DNA from: Alphaproteobacteria bacterium
GTDB lineage: Bacteria; Pseudomonadota; Alphaproteobacteria; RF32; CAG-239
Reading direction: 5' to 3'
NCBI GenBank assembly: GCA_045637985.1
Contig: JAZUAM010000006.1
Location: forward strand, 10,726-74,725
DNA: 64,000 bases
Below, piece after piece: positions 19,601 through 28,714 of the stretch. The position numbers and the translations under genes are program-made. Each line of letters opens with the position of its first letter. Positions within the stretch are counted from its first letter, which is position 1. A model generated the notes under the pieces. It was not told the DNA's origin, searched no databases, and saw only the letters and a list, made by a program, of their open reading frames with translations.

Positions 19601-20968
19601 ATGTTTTTGTTTAATACTCTTAATAGAAAAAAAGAAGAATTTGTTCCGATTGACGAAAATAATATTAGAATGTACGTTTGCGGTCCGACGGTTTATGATA
19701 GGGCGCACTTGGGTAATGCAAAGACACCGGTAGTTTTTGATGTTTTGTATAGAATATTGCGTAACAGGTATGGAAATGATAGAGTCACTTATGTTTCAAA
19801 TATTACGGATGTTGATGATAAGATTTTAAATAAGCATAAAGAAACAGGAAAGCCTATTCGCGAAATTACCGAACAAACCTATCAGTGGTATATAGATGAT
19901 ATGGCAAAACTCAATGTTTTGTCTCCGAATTATCGGCCAAGAGCAACTGAATATATCAATGAGATGATAGAGATTGTTGAGTTATTGCTTAAGAATGGCC
20001 ATGCCTACGAGTCGAAGGGACATGTGCTGTTTGATGTTGACTCTATGAAAAATTATGGTTTTTTGTCCGGACGTTCGATGAAAGAGATGTTGGCGGGGGC
20101 AAGAATAGAAATTGCTGATTATAAGAAGAATCCTGCGGATTTTGTTTTGTGGAAACCTTCAGAAACAGATCAGCCGGGGTGGAACAGTCCTTGGGGATAT
20201 GGGCGTCCCGGTTGGCATTTGGAATGTTCGGCAATGAGTTCAAAGTTGTTGGGTAATTCTTTTGATATTCATGGTGGTGGAGCAGATTTGATTTTTCCGC
20301 ATCATGAGAATGAGTGCGCTCAATCGTTGTGCGCTTATCCGCAAGATTGTTTTGCTCGTTATTGGGTTCATGGCGGAATGTTAATGGTCGATGGTGTTAA
20401 GATGTCTAAATCTTTAGGTAATTTTTATACTATTGATCAGGTTTTAGAAAAAGCTCCGGCCGAGGCTCTTAGGTTATTGTTTTTAACCACTCATTATCAT
20501 CAACCTTTTAACTTTACGTTTGAAGGGTTGGAATCAGCTAAGCAAAGTTTGGATAAATTTTATAATGCTTTGTTACGTGTTAAGGATGTTGCTACAGATA
20601 ATAGTTTGGCAGATGAACGAATCGTTAATGCCTTGGAAGATGATTTAAATACACCTCTTGCGATAAGTTATCTTCATGAGGTGGTTAATAATTTGAATAA
20701 ATCAGAAGACAATGCGGATAAGGCTAAGTGGAAAACCATACTTTTAAAATCAGCGGATTTGATGGGAATATTGTGGCAGAATCCGGAAGAATGGTTTAAA
20801 GGAGATGCTGAAGGTGATGCCGAGGAAATTGAGGCGTTGATTGTAAAGAGGGCTGAGGCAAAAAAGAATAAAGATTATGTTTTAGCTGATAAAATCAGAA
20901 ATGATTTAAAGGAAAAAGGTATTTTGTTGGAAGATGGTCCGCAAGGTACTACGTGGAAAAAAGCTTAA
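19601..20968 (+). CDS. cysS: Cysteine--tRNA ligase
   Basis: MYVCGPTVYDRAHLGNAKT (HIGH-type), GWHLECSAMS zinc site, KMSKSLGN. Confidence 0.95.
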   Translation: MFLFNTLNRKKEEFVPIDENNIRMYVCGPTVYDRAHLGNAKTPVVFDVLYRILRNRYGNDRVTYVSNITDVDDKILNKHKETGKPIREITEQTYQWYIDDMAKLNVLSPNYRPRATEYINEMIEIVELLLKNGHAYESKGHVLFDVDSMKNYGFLSGRSMKEMLAGARIEIADYKKNPADFVLWKPSETDQPGWNSPWGYGRPGWHLECSAMSSKLLGNSFDIHGGGADLIFPHHENECAQSLCAYPQDCFARYWVHGGMLMVDGVKMSKSLGNFYTIDQVLEKAPAEALRLLFLTTHYHQPFNFTFEGLESAKQSLDKFYNALLRVKDVATDNSLADERIVNALEDDLNTPLAISYLHEVVNNLNKSEDNADKAKWKTILLKSADLMGILWQNPEEWFKGDAEGDAEEIEALIVKRAEAKKNKDYVLADKIRNDLKEKGILLEDGPQGTTWKKA

Positions 20969-21003
20969 AAAAATAACCCCGAAATTTCGGGGTTATTTTT
21001 TTT
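20967..21003. terminator. Bidirectional rho-independent terminator (cysS / small ORF)
   Basis: Perfect palindrome ATAACCCCGAAA/TTTCGGGGTTAT (20973-20996), flanked by an A run upstream and a T run downstream, between convergent genes. Confidence 0.85.
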
Positions 21004-21208
21004 AATGTCTGAAGTGGTAGCTGTCGGGAGTTTTCATTATTGATTTTGCAAAAGATTTTTTGGCTGCATAGGTCATGAACAAGGCTTCTTCCATCTTTAG
21101 GGCTCCGAGAGTTTCTTCCAGAGCTTCGAAGCTTTGGTATATTTTGCTCATAAGAGCAAGATTGTCACTAACAACATCATATAAAAAAGTCTCGTCACGT
21201 TTGTTCAT
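21002..21208 (-). CDS. Hypothetical 68-aa protein
   Basis: ORF with a strong SD: the minus strand reads AGGAGAAAAACA immediately before the ATG (21208). No family recognised. Confidence 0.45.
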   Translation of the reverse strand: MNKRDETFLYDVVSDNLALMSKIYQSFEALEETLGALKMEEALFMTYAAKKSFAKSIMKTPDSYHFRH

Positions 21209-21293
21209 TGTTTTTCTCCTTTAATTTGTTTGGTAAATATAATGTAAAATAAAAAATATTATTTTTGAACAAGGTAAATTTTGAAAACAAACG

Positions 21294-21350
21294 TCGAAAA
21301 TTTTGTACACAACAAAAATAGAAAAGGGATATCGAAATTTTTGTACACAA
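21294..21350. repeat. Direct repeat pair TCGAAA(A/T)TTTTGTACACAA
   Basis: 19-mers at 21294-21312 and 21332-21350 are identical at 18/19 positions, 38 bp start to start, in an AT-rich intergenic region. Confidence 0.85.
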
Positions 21351-21389
21351 AAGACAAAAGTGTTAAGTTATCCAATGAGTCGGAATATT

Positions 21390-21959
21390 TTATGAATGAC
21401 CAAAAGATGGGGCTAAATTATCGAAAGTGATGCCTAGAGATGATAGGGCTTGAGACCATTTGGTGCTGTCGTTTGACCCTAATACCAACTCCGAAGTTGC
21501 ATGAGTTATCAACCAGAGGTTATTAGCTATTTCATTTTCAAGTTGATTAGGGGTCCATCCTGCGTAACCAAGAGCAATGATGCGTTTTTTCGGACCTTTT
21601 CCTAAAGCAATATCATGTAAAATTCCAAGAGATGATGATACCATTATTCCGCCACCTGTATTTAAGCTGTCGGTATTAATGTAATCGTCAGAGTGTAGTA
21701 TAAAGCCTTTGTTTTTTTCCAGAGGCCCACCTTGATATAGGTTTATGGGAGATAAATTATTTTTTATTTCAAACGGTGATTCTACAGCAAGATCTGAAAA
21801 AGAGAATTCTTTTATTCTTTTGTTTATGATAAATCCCATGGCACCATCAGCATTATGAGAGCATATATATACAACGGTTTCGGCAAAACTTCCTGTTACA
21901 TCAGGCATAGAAATAAGACATTTGCCGGTTAAGTTTTGAGCATCTATTTTGTTGGTCAT
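21390..21959 (-). CDS. YqgE/AlgH family protein (UPF0301)
   Basis: 189 aa. ...FAETVVYICSHNADGAMGFIINK...YQGGPLEKNKGFILHS...AGWTPNQLENE pattern of the YqgE/AlgH family. Confidence 0.8.
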   Translation of the reverse strand: MTNKIDAQNLTGKCLISMPDVTGSFAETVVYICSHNADGAMGFIINKRIKEFSFSDLAVESPFEIKNNLSPINLYQGGPLEKNKGFILHSDDYINTDSLNTGGGIMVSSSLGILHDIALGKGPKKRIIALGYAGWTPNQLENEIANNLWLITHATSELVLGSNDSTKWSQALSSLGITFDNLAPSFGHS

Positions 21960-22043
21960 ATTTTTACTTTAACTTTATATATACAATCTTAATCTATAAT
22001 ATAGGGTGAAATGTTGTAAAAATCAATTTGGTTGTAGCTAAAA

Positions 22044-24737
22044 ATGTTAAAAAAATTGTTTTTTTGTGTATGTTTGTTTTTTGTAATTCTTATGGATAGT
22101 TCTTTTGCACAATCCGGTGGGCAGGTTGTGCTTGATTTACGAGAAGATGCGGAATTTGAGCATATGAAAACAGATGTGGCTATGGATGATATAATCAGTT
22201 TTAGTGCAAATTATTTTAAGGATGTAAAAGAATATAGTGATCTTTTGGTTGGAGATAATATAAATAAGGATTTTACTAAAGATATTATGTCTAAGTATCC
22301 GCACTATGGTGTTAATAATGCAGAGCAATGGCAAAAGTATGTGAGAAAAGGGGTTAGGATTTATCGATGGTTTGAATATTGGAAAGATAAAGCTGTTTCT
22401 TGGATTATGGATAAAGAATTGCCGGTGGTGGTTGATGATAGTCAATATGAAATGGGAGAAAGTGAGGAGTATGTAGAAAGTGATAATCCTGTTATAATAC
22501 ATGATTTTAAAAAAGTTGTTGCTTATTCTAATTCAGAAAGAGATCGTTTGGCGGCAAAGGAAAAATATGCTAAAGACAATAATTTAATCAGACCATCGGA
22601 ATTAATAAAAAGATATAAAAAAGCCATAGTAGAAAAAGATTGGACAGCCTTGTTAGGTGTTGAATGGCGTGAACTTGTATCAACATTTGTGAAACAGGAA
22701 GGAGTGACTGCCGATGGAGTAAAAAATAATGTAGTGGCGGCTGTTTTAACAGAAAAAGATGGTGCCGGTGACGGTAAAATAGATGGTGTTGTTTTAGTAA
22801 CTCCCCAAGAAGAGGGAATATTTTTACTTGGTGAATATGGTGATTATAAGGGATTGGATATAAGTTTTGATGGATCTGAAAATATAGAGAATATTTCTGT
22901 TAGTTTTGTTATGCCGCAATTGATAACAGTTAGTAAACATCAAGATATAAGCGGATATTTGACAAAGTTTCCTATTTATTTTTCAGGTAAAGTTGTTGAT
23001 AAAAGTCAAAAAATAAAAATTAAGGCTAGTATAAAAGGAAATATTTGCAGAGGTGATAGTTGTAGAGAAATAACAGTAAGTCCGGAAACGGTTTTAACTG
23101 TTAAAAATGAGACTAAAGATACTCCTTTTGCTTCATATATCAGGGCTGTTAAGTTGAACATTCCAAGTGATAGAAACGCTAAAGAGTTTAAGTTTGGAAA
23201 AGTGGTATTGGAGAAAGGTAAAGCCGGAAAGACAGATAATTTAAGAATTGATGTAGGAACAGATGATGCGGTTCTTTTGAAAATGTTTATTGCCGGAAAT
23301 GAAGCAAAATATTTTTCTAAACCAAGATTGCGAATTGATAACGATAAAGTTGTGGCAAGATTTGATTTGTTAAATCAATTATTTAATCCGGTAGGAAAAG
23401 AAATAACTTTTTGGGTTTATTTGGGAAGTAATAAGCAATATTTATATACGGCTAAAGTAGAAGAAGTTTCTGTTTTGGATGTTGAAAACGGAAATGTGTC
23501 ATTGGGTATTTTAGGATTAGCTTTTATCGGCGGATTAATACTGAATTTTATGCCGTGTGTTTTTCCGGTATTGTCTTTGAAGCTGCTAGCTTTTACAAAA
23601 TTTGGCGGATTAAATAAAAAACAAATACGAACAAATTTTATATATAATTCTTTAGGAATTTTGGTTTCGTTTTTGTTGATAGCATTGTTGCTTATGTTTT
23701 TGAAAATTGCGGGATATATGATTGGTTGGGGAATGCAATTTCAAAACATTTATTTTTTGGTGATAATTATTTGGGTAGTTGTTTTGTTTTTGGCTCATAT
23801 TTTGGGAATTGTTAACCTGCGAATGCCTCAAATTTTTGAAAAAATAACTAGGACAAAACAAGTAAAAGGTAGGCTGTTTGAGTTTTTGAGTGGTGTTTTT
23901 TTGGTTTTATTATCGACACCTTGTGTAGCACCTTATTTAGGAACAGTGTTTGGAGTTGCATTATCCGGTAGTATTTATGATATATTGGTTACTGTTTTGA
24001 CTGTTGGGTTAGGATTGGCATTGCCATATATAAGTATAGCTGTTTGGCCTCAATTAGCTTTTTATATGCCTCGACCGGGAAAATGGATGAATACGTTTAA
24101 CAATGTAATGATTTTTATGCTTATTTTGACGATATGTTGGTTGATAAGTTTGTTGGTGGCACAAACGTCTTCTTCTCAGTTGTGGCATTGGCTGGGATAC
24201 GTTATTGTATTTTTGATAAGTTTGAGTTTTCGCAAAACGTTACTTGTTGAGGTTGATAAGTTAGACAGAAATGATTTTAAGATTATATTGAAAAGACGAT
24301 TTAATATAGTGTTTGCGATTATTGTTTTAATTTTGACGTCAGTAAGTATGTTTGATGCAGTATGGGCTGCAGATAAACGAAAAACGGAAGTCAATCAGAC
24401 AAAGATGACAGTGTTAGATACTATAAAAATTGATGATATGGTTGCACAAGGACATAAAGTTTTAGTGAAAGTTGGAGCTGATTGGTGTTTGACATGTAAG
24501 TATAATGATATTTTTGCTTTTAATATTGAGCATATACAAGATGCTTTGGAAAGTAACGGGGTAAGAGTTATTGAAATTGATTGGACTAATTATCAAGCGG
24601 GAGTTTTGAATTTTATGCAGAAATTCGGACGTAGAGGTTTGCCTTTTTATGTGTTGTTTTCTTCTGCATATCCGGATGGGATAGTGTTACCGGAGATTAT
24701 TGATGTTTATGAATTGCAAACATTAATAGAACTGTAA
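22044..24737 (+). CDS. DsbD/ScsB-family thiol:disulfide interchange membrane protein
   Basis: 897 aa. Signal peptide, long periplasmic N-domain with a Cys pair (ICRGDSCRE), a polytopic DsbD core (FMPCVFPVL...STPCVAPYLG) and a C-terminal thioredoxin domain (GADWCLTCK). Confidence 0.8.
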   Translation: MLKKLFFCVCLFFVILMDSSFAQSGGQVVLDLREDAEFEHMKTDVAMDDIISFSANYFKDVKEYSDLLVGDNINKDFTKDIMSKYPHYGVNNAEQWQKYVRKGVRIYRWFEYWKDKAVSWIMDKELPVVVDDSQYEMGESEEYVESDNPVIIHDFKKVVAYSNSERDRLAAKEKYAKDNNLIRPSELIKRYKKAIVEKDWTALLGVEWRELVSTFVKQEGVTADGVKNNVVAAVLTEKDGAGDGKIDGVVLVTPQEEGIFLLGEYGDYKGLDISFDGSENIENISVSFVMPQLITVSKHQDISGYLTKFPIYFSGKVVDKSQKIKIKASIKGNICRGDSCREITVSPETVLTVKNETKDTPFASYIRAVKLNIPSDRNAKEFKFGKVVLEKGKAGKTDNLRIDVGTDDAVLLKMFIAGNEAKYFSKPRLRIDNDKVVARFDLLNQLFNPVGKEITFWVYLGSNKQYLYTAKVEEVSVLDVENGNVSLGILGLAFIGGLILNFMPCVFPVLSLKLLAFTKFGGLNKKQIRTNFIYNSLGILVSFLLIALLLMFLKIAGYMIGWGMQFQNIYFLVIIIWVVVLFLAHILGIVNLRMPQIFEKITRTKQVKGRLFEFLSGVFLVLLSTPCVAPYLGTVFGVALSGSIYDILVTVLTVGLGLALPYISIAVWPQLAFYMPRPGKWMNTFNNVMIFMLILTICWLISLLVAQTSSSQLWHWLGYVIVFLISLSFRKTLLVEVDKLDRNDFKIILKRRFNIVFAIIVLILTSVSMFDAVWAADKRKTEVNQTKMTVLDTIKIDDMVAQGHKVLVKVGADWCLTCKYNDIFAFNIEHIQDALESNGVRVIEIDWTNYQAGVLNFMQKFGRRGLPFYVLFSSAYPDGIVLPEIIDVYELQTLIEL

Positions 24738-24755
24738 ACTCTTTGATAAAAAATC

Positions 24756-24784
24756 TTGCACAGAATAAATGATTGATGTATAAC
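24756..24784 (+). promoter_or_regulatory. Sigma70-like promoter candidate for yebC
   Basis: TTGCAC (24756-24761), 17-nt spacer, TATAAC (24779-24784). Confidence 0.35.
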
Positions 24785-24830
24785 ACCTTAAAAATTTAAG
24801 TAGAATTAATGTTTAAGGAGCTATGAAATT

Positions 24831-25580
24831 ATGGCAGGACATTCTCAGTTTAAGAATATTATGTATCGTAAAGGTGCTCAGGATGCCAAAAAAGCAAAAA
24901 TGTTTGCTAAATTGGCCAGAGATATTACTTTAGCCGCTAAATCAGGTATGCCGGATCCTGATAAGAATCCTCGTTTGCGTTTGGCTATTGCAGCAGCAAG
25001 AGCTGAAAGTATGCCAAAAGATAATATTGAACGTGCGATTGCAAAAGCCAGTCAAACTGCGGGGGGGGATGATTATGTAGCAACTCGTTATGAAGGTTTT
25101 GGTCCCGGAAAAGTTGCTGTTATTGTTGAGTGTTTGACCGATAATAAAAACAGAACAGCCGGAAATGTCAGAACGATTTTCGGAAAGCGTGGCGGGGCAA
25201 TGGGCGAGACCGGCTCGGTGGCATTTAATTTTGAACGAATCGGCTTTATTCAATATCCGGTTGCCACAGCAGATGCAGATGCAATGTTTGAGGCCGCTTT
25301 AGAGGCCGGAGCTAATGATGTTGTCAGCGATGAGGAGCATCATGATATTGAAACATTGCCGGATGATTTGAATGTGGTAACGGAAGCTTTGGAAGTTAAA
25401 TACGGAACTCCGTCTGCTTCCAGATTGGATTGGAAACCGATGGTCAAAACTGATATTACAGATGTTGAAACAGCTCAGAAATTTCTTGATTTTGTGGATG
25501 CGTTGGAAGATGACGATGATGTGCAAAAAGTTTATCATAATGCAGAAATAGCTGAAGATGTTTTGGAAAAACTTATATAG
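24831..25580 (+). CDS. yebC: YebC/PmpR family DNA-binding transcriptional regulator
   Basis: MAGHSQFKNIMYRKGAQDAKKAKMFAKLARDI... is the canonical YebC N-terminus. It is upstream of ruvC, the conserved position. Confidence 0.93.
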   Translation: MAGHSQFKNIMYRKGAQDAKKAKMFAKLARDITLAAKSGMPDPDKNPRLRLAIAAARAESMPKDNIERAIAKASQTAGGDDYVATRYEGFGPGKVAVIVECLTDNKNRTAGNVRTIFGKRGGAMGETGSVAFNFERIGFIQYPVATADADAMFEAALEAGANDVVSDEEHHDIETLPDDLNVVTEALEVKYGTPSASRLDWKPMVKTDITDVETAQKFLDFVDALEDDDDVQKVYHNAEIAEDVLEKLI

Positions 25581-25599
25581 CTTGCTTGAAAAACAAAAG

Positions 25600-25633
25600 A
25601 CTCCCCTTTATAATAAGGGGAGTTTTACTTTTT
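25600..25633 (+). terminator. Rho-independent terminator after yebC
   Basis: ACTCCCCTT (25600-25608) / AAGGGGAGT (25615-25623), followed by TTTTACTTTTT. Confidence 0.7.
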
Positions 25634-25646
25634 AAAGAGATGAGAT

Positions 25647-26132
25647 ATGCGTATTTTAGGACTTGATCCGAGTTTAAGTTCAACCGGTTGGGGAATAATA
25701 GAAGTTGAAAACAATAGAGTGAAATATGTGGCCGATGGTTATATTCCAACGGATACCAAAAAGCCTATTGCTGAAAGATTAGCTCAAATCAGTAATGTTT
25801 TGAAAGACGTTATTGATGTTTATAAACCTGATGAGGCTGCGATTGAACAGGTGTTTTTAAATTCTAATGCCGTATCGACAATTAAATTGGGTATGGCCAG
25901 AGGTGTTGTAATGATGACACCGGCACAATATAATATAAGTGTTACTGAATATGAGCCGAATAAAGTTAAAAAGGCGGTGGTAGGTGTCGGTAAAGCTGAA
26001 AAATCTCAGGTTGAAACAATGGTGAAGGTATTACTTCCCGGCTGTAAACCCAAAAATAATGATTCCTCGGATGCATTGGCAATAGCTCTTTGTCATTTTC
26101 AGTATCGTAATGCATACGGAATAAAAAGATGA
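25647..26132 (+). CDS. ruvC: Crossover junction endodeoxyribonuclease RuvC
   Basis: MRILGLDPSLSSTGWGII... with the catalytic acidic residues (D7, E66 region, DSSDALAIAL). Confidence 0.93.
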   Translation: MRILGLDPSLSSTGWGIIEVENNRVKYVADGYIPTDTKKPIAERLAQISNVLKDVIDVYKPDEAAIEQVFLNSNAVSTIKLGMARGVVMMTPAQYNISVTEYEPNKVKKAVVGVGKAEKSQVETMVKVLLPGCKPKNNDSSDALAIALCHFQYRNAYGIKR

Positions 26133-26839
26133 TGGAATTTGTTATAGAAAAAGTAAAAAAACATATGAACGGAGATAGTTCCGGACATGGATTCGATCAT
26201 GTGCAAAGGGTTTATAATATTGCACGGTATTTATTAAATAAAGAAGATGCAGATGAACAAGTAGTATTGTTGGCTGCTTTGTTGCATGATGCTGATGATT
26301 ATAAATTATTTGGACAAGAAGCTGCCGATAATTTGACTAATGCAAAAAAAATAATGAATGAATGTAATATTGAAGATGATATTCAAATTAAGGTTTGTGA
26401 TGTTATTGCCAATATGGGATATTCAAAATCTTTGGCAGGGATTCGACCGACAACAATAGAAGGAAAAATAGTTTCAGATGCAGATATGCTTGATGCAATA
26501 GGTATTAATGGTATTGTTCGTACATTAAATTATGCTTTTGCCAGATGTCAAAAATATGGAACGCCGGTTTTTGATAAAGATGTATGGCCTGAATTGAATT
26601 TAACGGCAGAAGAGTACAAAATGAAAGGGCGAAGGGCGGATAATTGTATTAATCATTTTTTTGAAAAGACATTGCGTTTGGGAAAAATGATGATGACAGA
26701 TGCCGGGCGAGAGCAATCAATAGTCAGGCTTAAAAGAATGATTGATTTTTTGTATGGTTATTTTGATGAAAATAATGTTCCCGAGTGGACAGAATATTTG
26801 GATGAATATTTGCAGAAAGAAGGCATTTTATTTAAATAG
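26129..26839 (+). CDS. HD-domain metal-dependent phosphohydrolase
   Basis: H...HD...D signature (HGFDHVQRV...ALLHDADD...SDADMLDAIG). ATGA overlap with the ruvC stop. Confidence 0.75.
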   Translation: MMEFVIEKVKKHMNGDSSGHGFDHVQRVYNIARYLLNKEDADEQVVLLAALLHDADDYKLFGQEAADNLTNAKKIMNECNIEDDIQIKVCDVIANMGYSKSLAGIRPTTIEGKIVSDADMLDAIGINGIVRTLNYAFARCQKYGTPVFDKDVWPELNLTAEEYKMKGRRADNCINHFFEKTLRLGKMMMTDAGREQSIVRLKRMIDFLYGYFDENNVPEWTEYLDEYLQKEGILFK

Positions 26840-26914
26840 TTGCTAAATATATTTAAGTGTTATATACTTCGTGGACTTATATAAAATTATTTGTTCACTA
26901 AAAATTTGTTATTT

Positions 26915-27889
26915 ATGAATGCACTAAAGAAATCAATTCAGGAAAAATTGACAGCATCGTTAGAGGTGTTTGCAAAGAAATCAGGTGTTCCGACGAACAT
27001 GGCGACTTATGGCAAATGTTTTAAGGCATTGTCGCAAAAAGATGCTGAGAAGGTTTTGCAAACACTTCCGACGGCATGGGATGTTCTTAAACCGAAAGAG
27101 TTTAGAGTTTTTGCTGCAAGTGGACGAGTGGCTCGAGCGTTGTCGTACATTGACAGATGGAAACTTTCTTTAGAACTTGGTCGAGGTGATGAATTATTAA
27201 ATACACCGCTTTGTTTTGCCGTTAGACGAAAAAATGATCTTACTAATTTTGCTGTTGTAAGTTCTTCATGTGAAAATGCCAAAATAAAAGTTGTGGAGTT
27301 TTGGACTGAATTTTCGACTGTTGATGGTTATACTCGTGATTTTCCGGAAACTGTACTTGCCGTTGAGGGAAATGTGGTTTTTACTCTTGTTTTTAAGCCC
27401 GCGGAGGTAATGACACTTCTTGATTGGGATGATGTTTGGGATGTTCCTGAAATTACAAGAAATTTTAAGGATAAGCTTGAAGAATATACGTTGCTTTTTC
27501 GTCAGCTTTATGCCAAAAAAATTGAGGCTCGTCAATTGCTTCCCAACTATAATTTTGCGACCGGCTCGGTAGATGAATATATTGACGATGATGAAAGAAG
27601 AATTGTCGGAAAGTTTGATTCTGTTCTTTGTAAAGATTGGCGTAAATTGAAGCGACTGTTTAATGTCGGTAGGATTATTTATGTAGCAGAATATAATCGC
27701 CGTCATCATGTGGTAAAAAATCCTCTGAAGGACGTTTTTTTTACGAATCCTATAGGAAATGCGAAAATTACTTTTGTGTATATCAAAGGTAATTGGGATA
27801 TTGAATTTCCTATAAGTGATGGTGTGATACTTAGAATGGTTCCTGATTTTACTAAGGTAAAGAGAATTAGTCGAAAGCTTAGTAGATGA
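26915..27889 (+). CDS. Hypothetical cytoplasmic protein (orphan, about 324 aa)
   Basis: Long uninterrupted ORF with no TM segment or signal peptide. No family recognised. ATG at 26915 preferred over the TTG at 26891. Confidence 0.5.
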   Translation: MNALKKSIQEKLTASLEVFAKKSGVPTNMATYGKCFKALSQKDAEKVLQTLPTAWDVLKPKEFRVFAASGRVARALSYIDRWKLSLELGRGDELLNTPLCFAVRRKNDLTNFAVVSSSCENAKIKVVEFWTEFSTVDGYTRDFPETVLAVEGNVVFTLVFKPAEVMTLLDWDDVWDVPEITRNFKDKLEEYTLLFRQLYAKKIEARQLLPNYNFATGSVDEYIDDDERRIVGKFDSVLCKDWRKLKRLFNVGRIIYVAEYNRRHHVVKNPLKDVFFTNPIGNAKITFVYIKGNWDIEFPISDGVILRMVPDFTKVKRISRKLSR

Positions 27890-27976
27890 TGAGTGTTTTC
27901 GAAAGGACGAGTGTTAAGATATCTAAAGGGTATTTTAATGCTCGTTCTTTTTTTGTTCTAAATATTAAAAAGATAC

Positions 27977-28005
27977 TTGCAAGCTAAGGGTTTATTGTAT
28001 AGTCT
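27977..28005 (+). promoter_or_regulatory. Weak sigma70-like promoter candidate for ruvAB
   Basis: TTGCAA (27977-27982), 17-nt spacer, TAGTCT (28000-28005; matches the TAnnnT core only). Confidence 0.25.
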
Positions 28006-28039
28006 ATTTGCAATGTTTTGAAGTTTTTAAGGAAAATAA

Positions 28040-28714
28040 ATGATAGCCAAATTAAGAGGTATAGTTGATACGATTGCCGAAGATTATCTGATTATTGATG
28101 TTAATGGTGTGGGGTATTTGGTATTTGCTTCGTCTAAGACATTAGGGCGCTTGGTTTTGAACGGTTCTGTAAGTTTGATGATAGAGACTATTGTCCGGGA
28201 AGACAGCATATCTCTTTACGGATTTGCAGATGCTCTGGAAAAGGAATGGTTTAATACATTGACTAAAGTTCAAGGTGTCGGGGCAAAAGTTTGTTTGGCT
28301 ATTTTATCTGTGTTGACACCGATACAGTTAGCGCAAGCGATTGCGGCTCAAGATAAAAATTCTTTTGCCAGAGCAAATGGAGTGGGGCCAAAATTGGCAG
28401 CCAGGATTGTGACAGAATTGAAAGATAAGATAGTAAGTGTCCCGATTGCGGAAGTGTCTAAAGATATTAATGTGGCTGTAGGTGCGGATAATAAAATAAC
28501 TGATGAAGTATTGAATTATGAAGATAATTTAGTGGCTCGTGATGATGATCCGACAAAGATGGAGGATGCGATATCTGCGTTGGTTAATTTGGGATATCAA
28601 AGATTGGAAGCTTATCGCGCCGTTAATTTTGTTTTGAGTCAAAATCCTAAAGCAGAAACAGGAGAAATAATACGGCTATCGTTAAAAGAATTTGCTAAGG
28701 AGCAAGGCAGATGA
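28040..28714 (+). CDS. ruvA: Holliday junction DNA helicase RuvA
   Basis: [28 protein letters not shown]... and HhH motifs ([17 protein letters not shown]; [13 protein letters not shown]). Confidence 0.95.
   Translation: MIAKLRGIVDTIAEDYLIIDVNGVGYLVFASSKTLGRLVLNGSVSLMIETIVREDSISLYGFADALEKEWFNTLTKVQGVGAKVCLAILSVLTPIQLAQAIAAQDKNSFARANGVGPKLAARIVTELKDKIVSVPIAEVSKDINVAVGADNKITDEVLNYEDNLVARDDDPTKMEDAISALVNLGYQRLEAYRAVNFVLSQNPKAETGEIIRLSLKEFAKEQGR

Noticed and set aside
21236-21375. Possible replication origin (AT-rich stretch plus DnaA-box-like TTGTACACA twice and TTATCCAAT)
   Set aside because: There are only two 8/9 matches and one 7/9 match. No dnaA, dnaN, hemE or parAB context is present, no clear gene-orientation switch occurs, and GC skew cannot be computed here. 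It is kept only as an alternative reading of the direct-repeat finding.
27905-27955. Terminator after the orphan 324-aa ORF (GGACGAG ... CTCGTTC plus T8)
   Set aside because: The stem is only 7 bp with a G-U pair and the loop is 29 nt. The T run is good, but the structure is too weak to call confidently.
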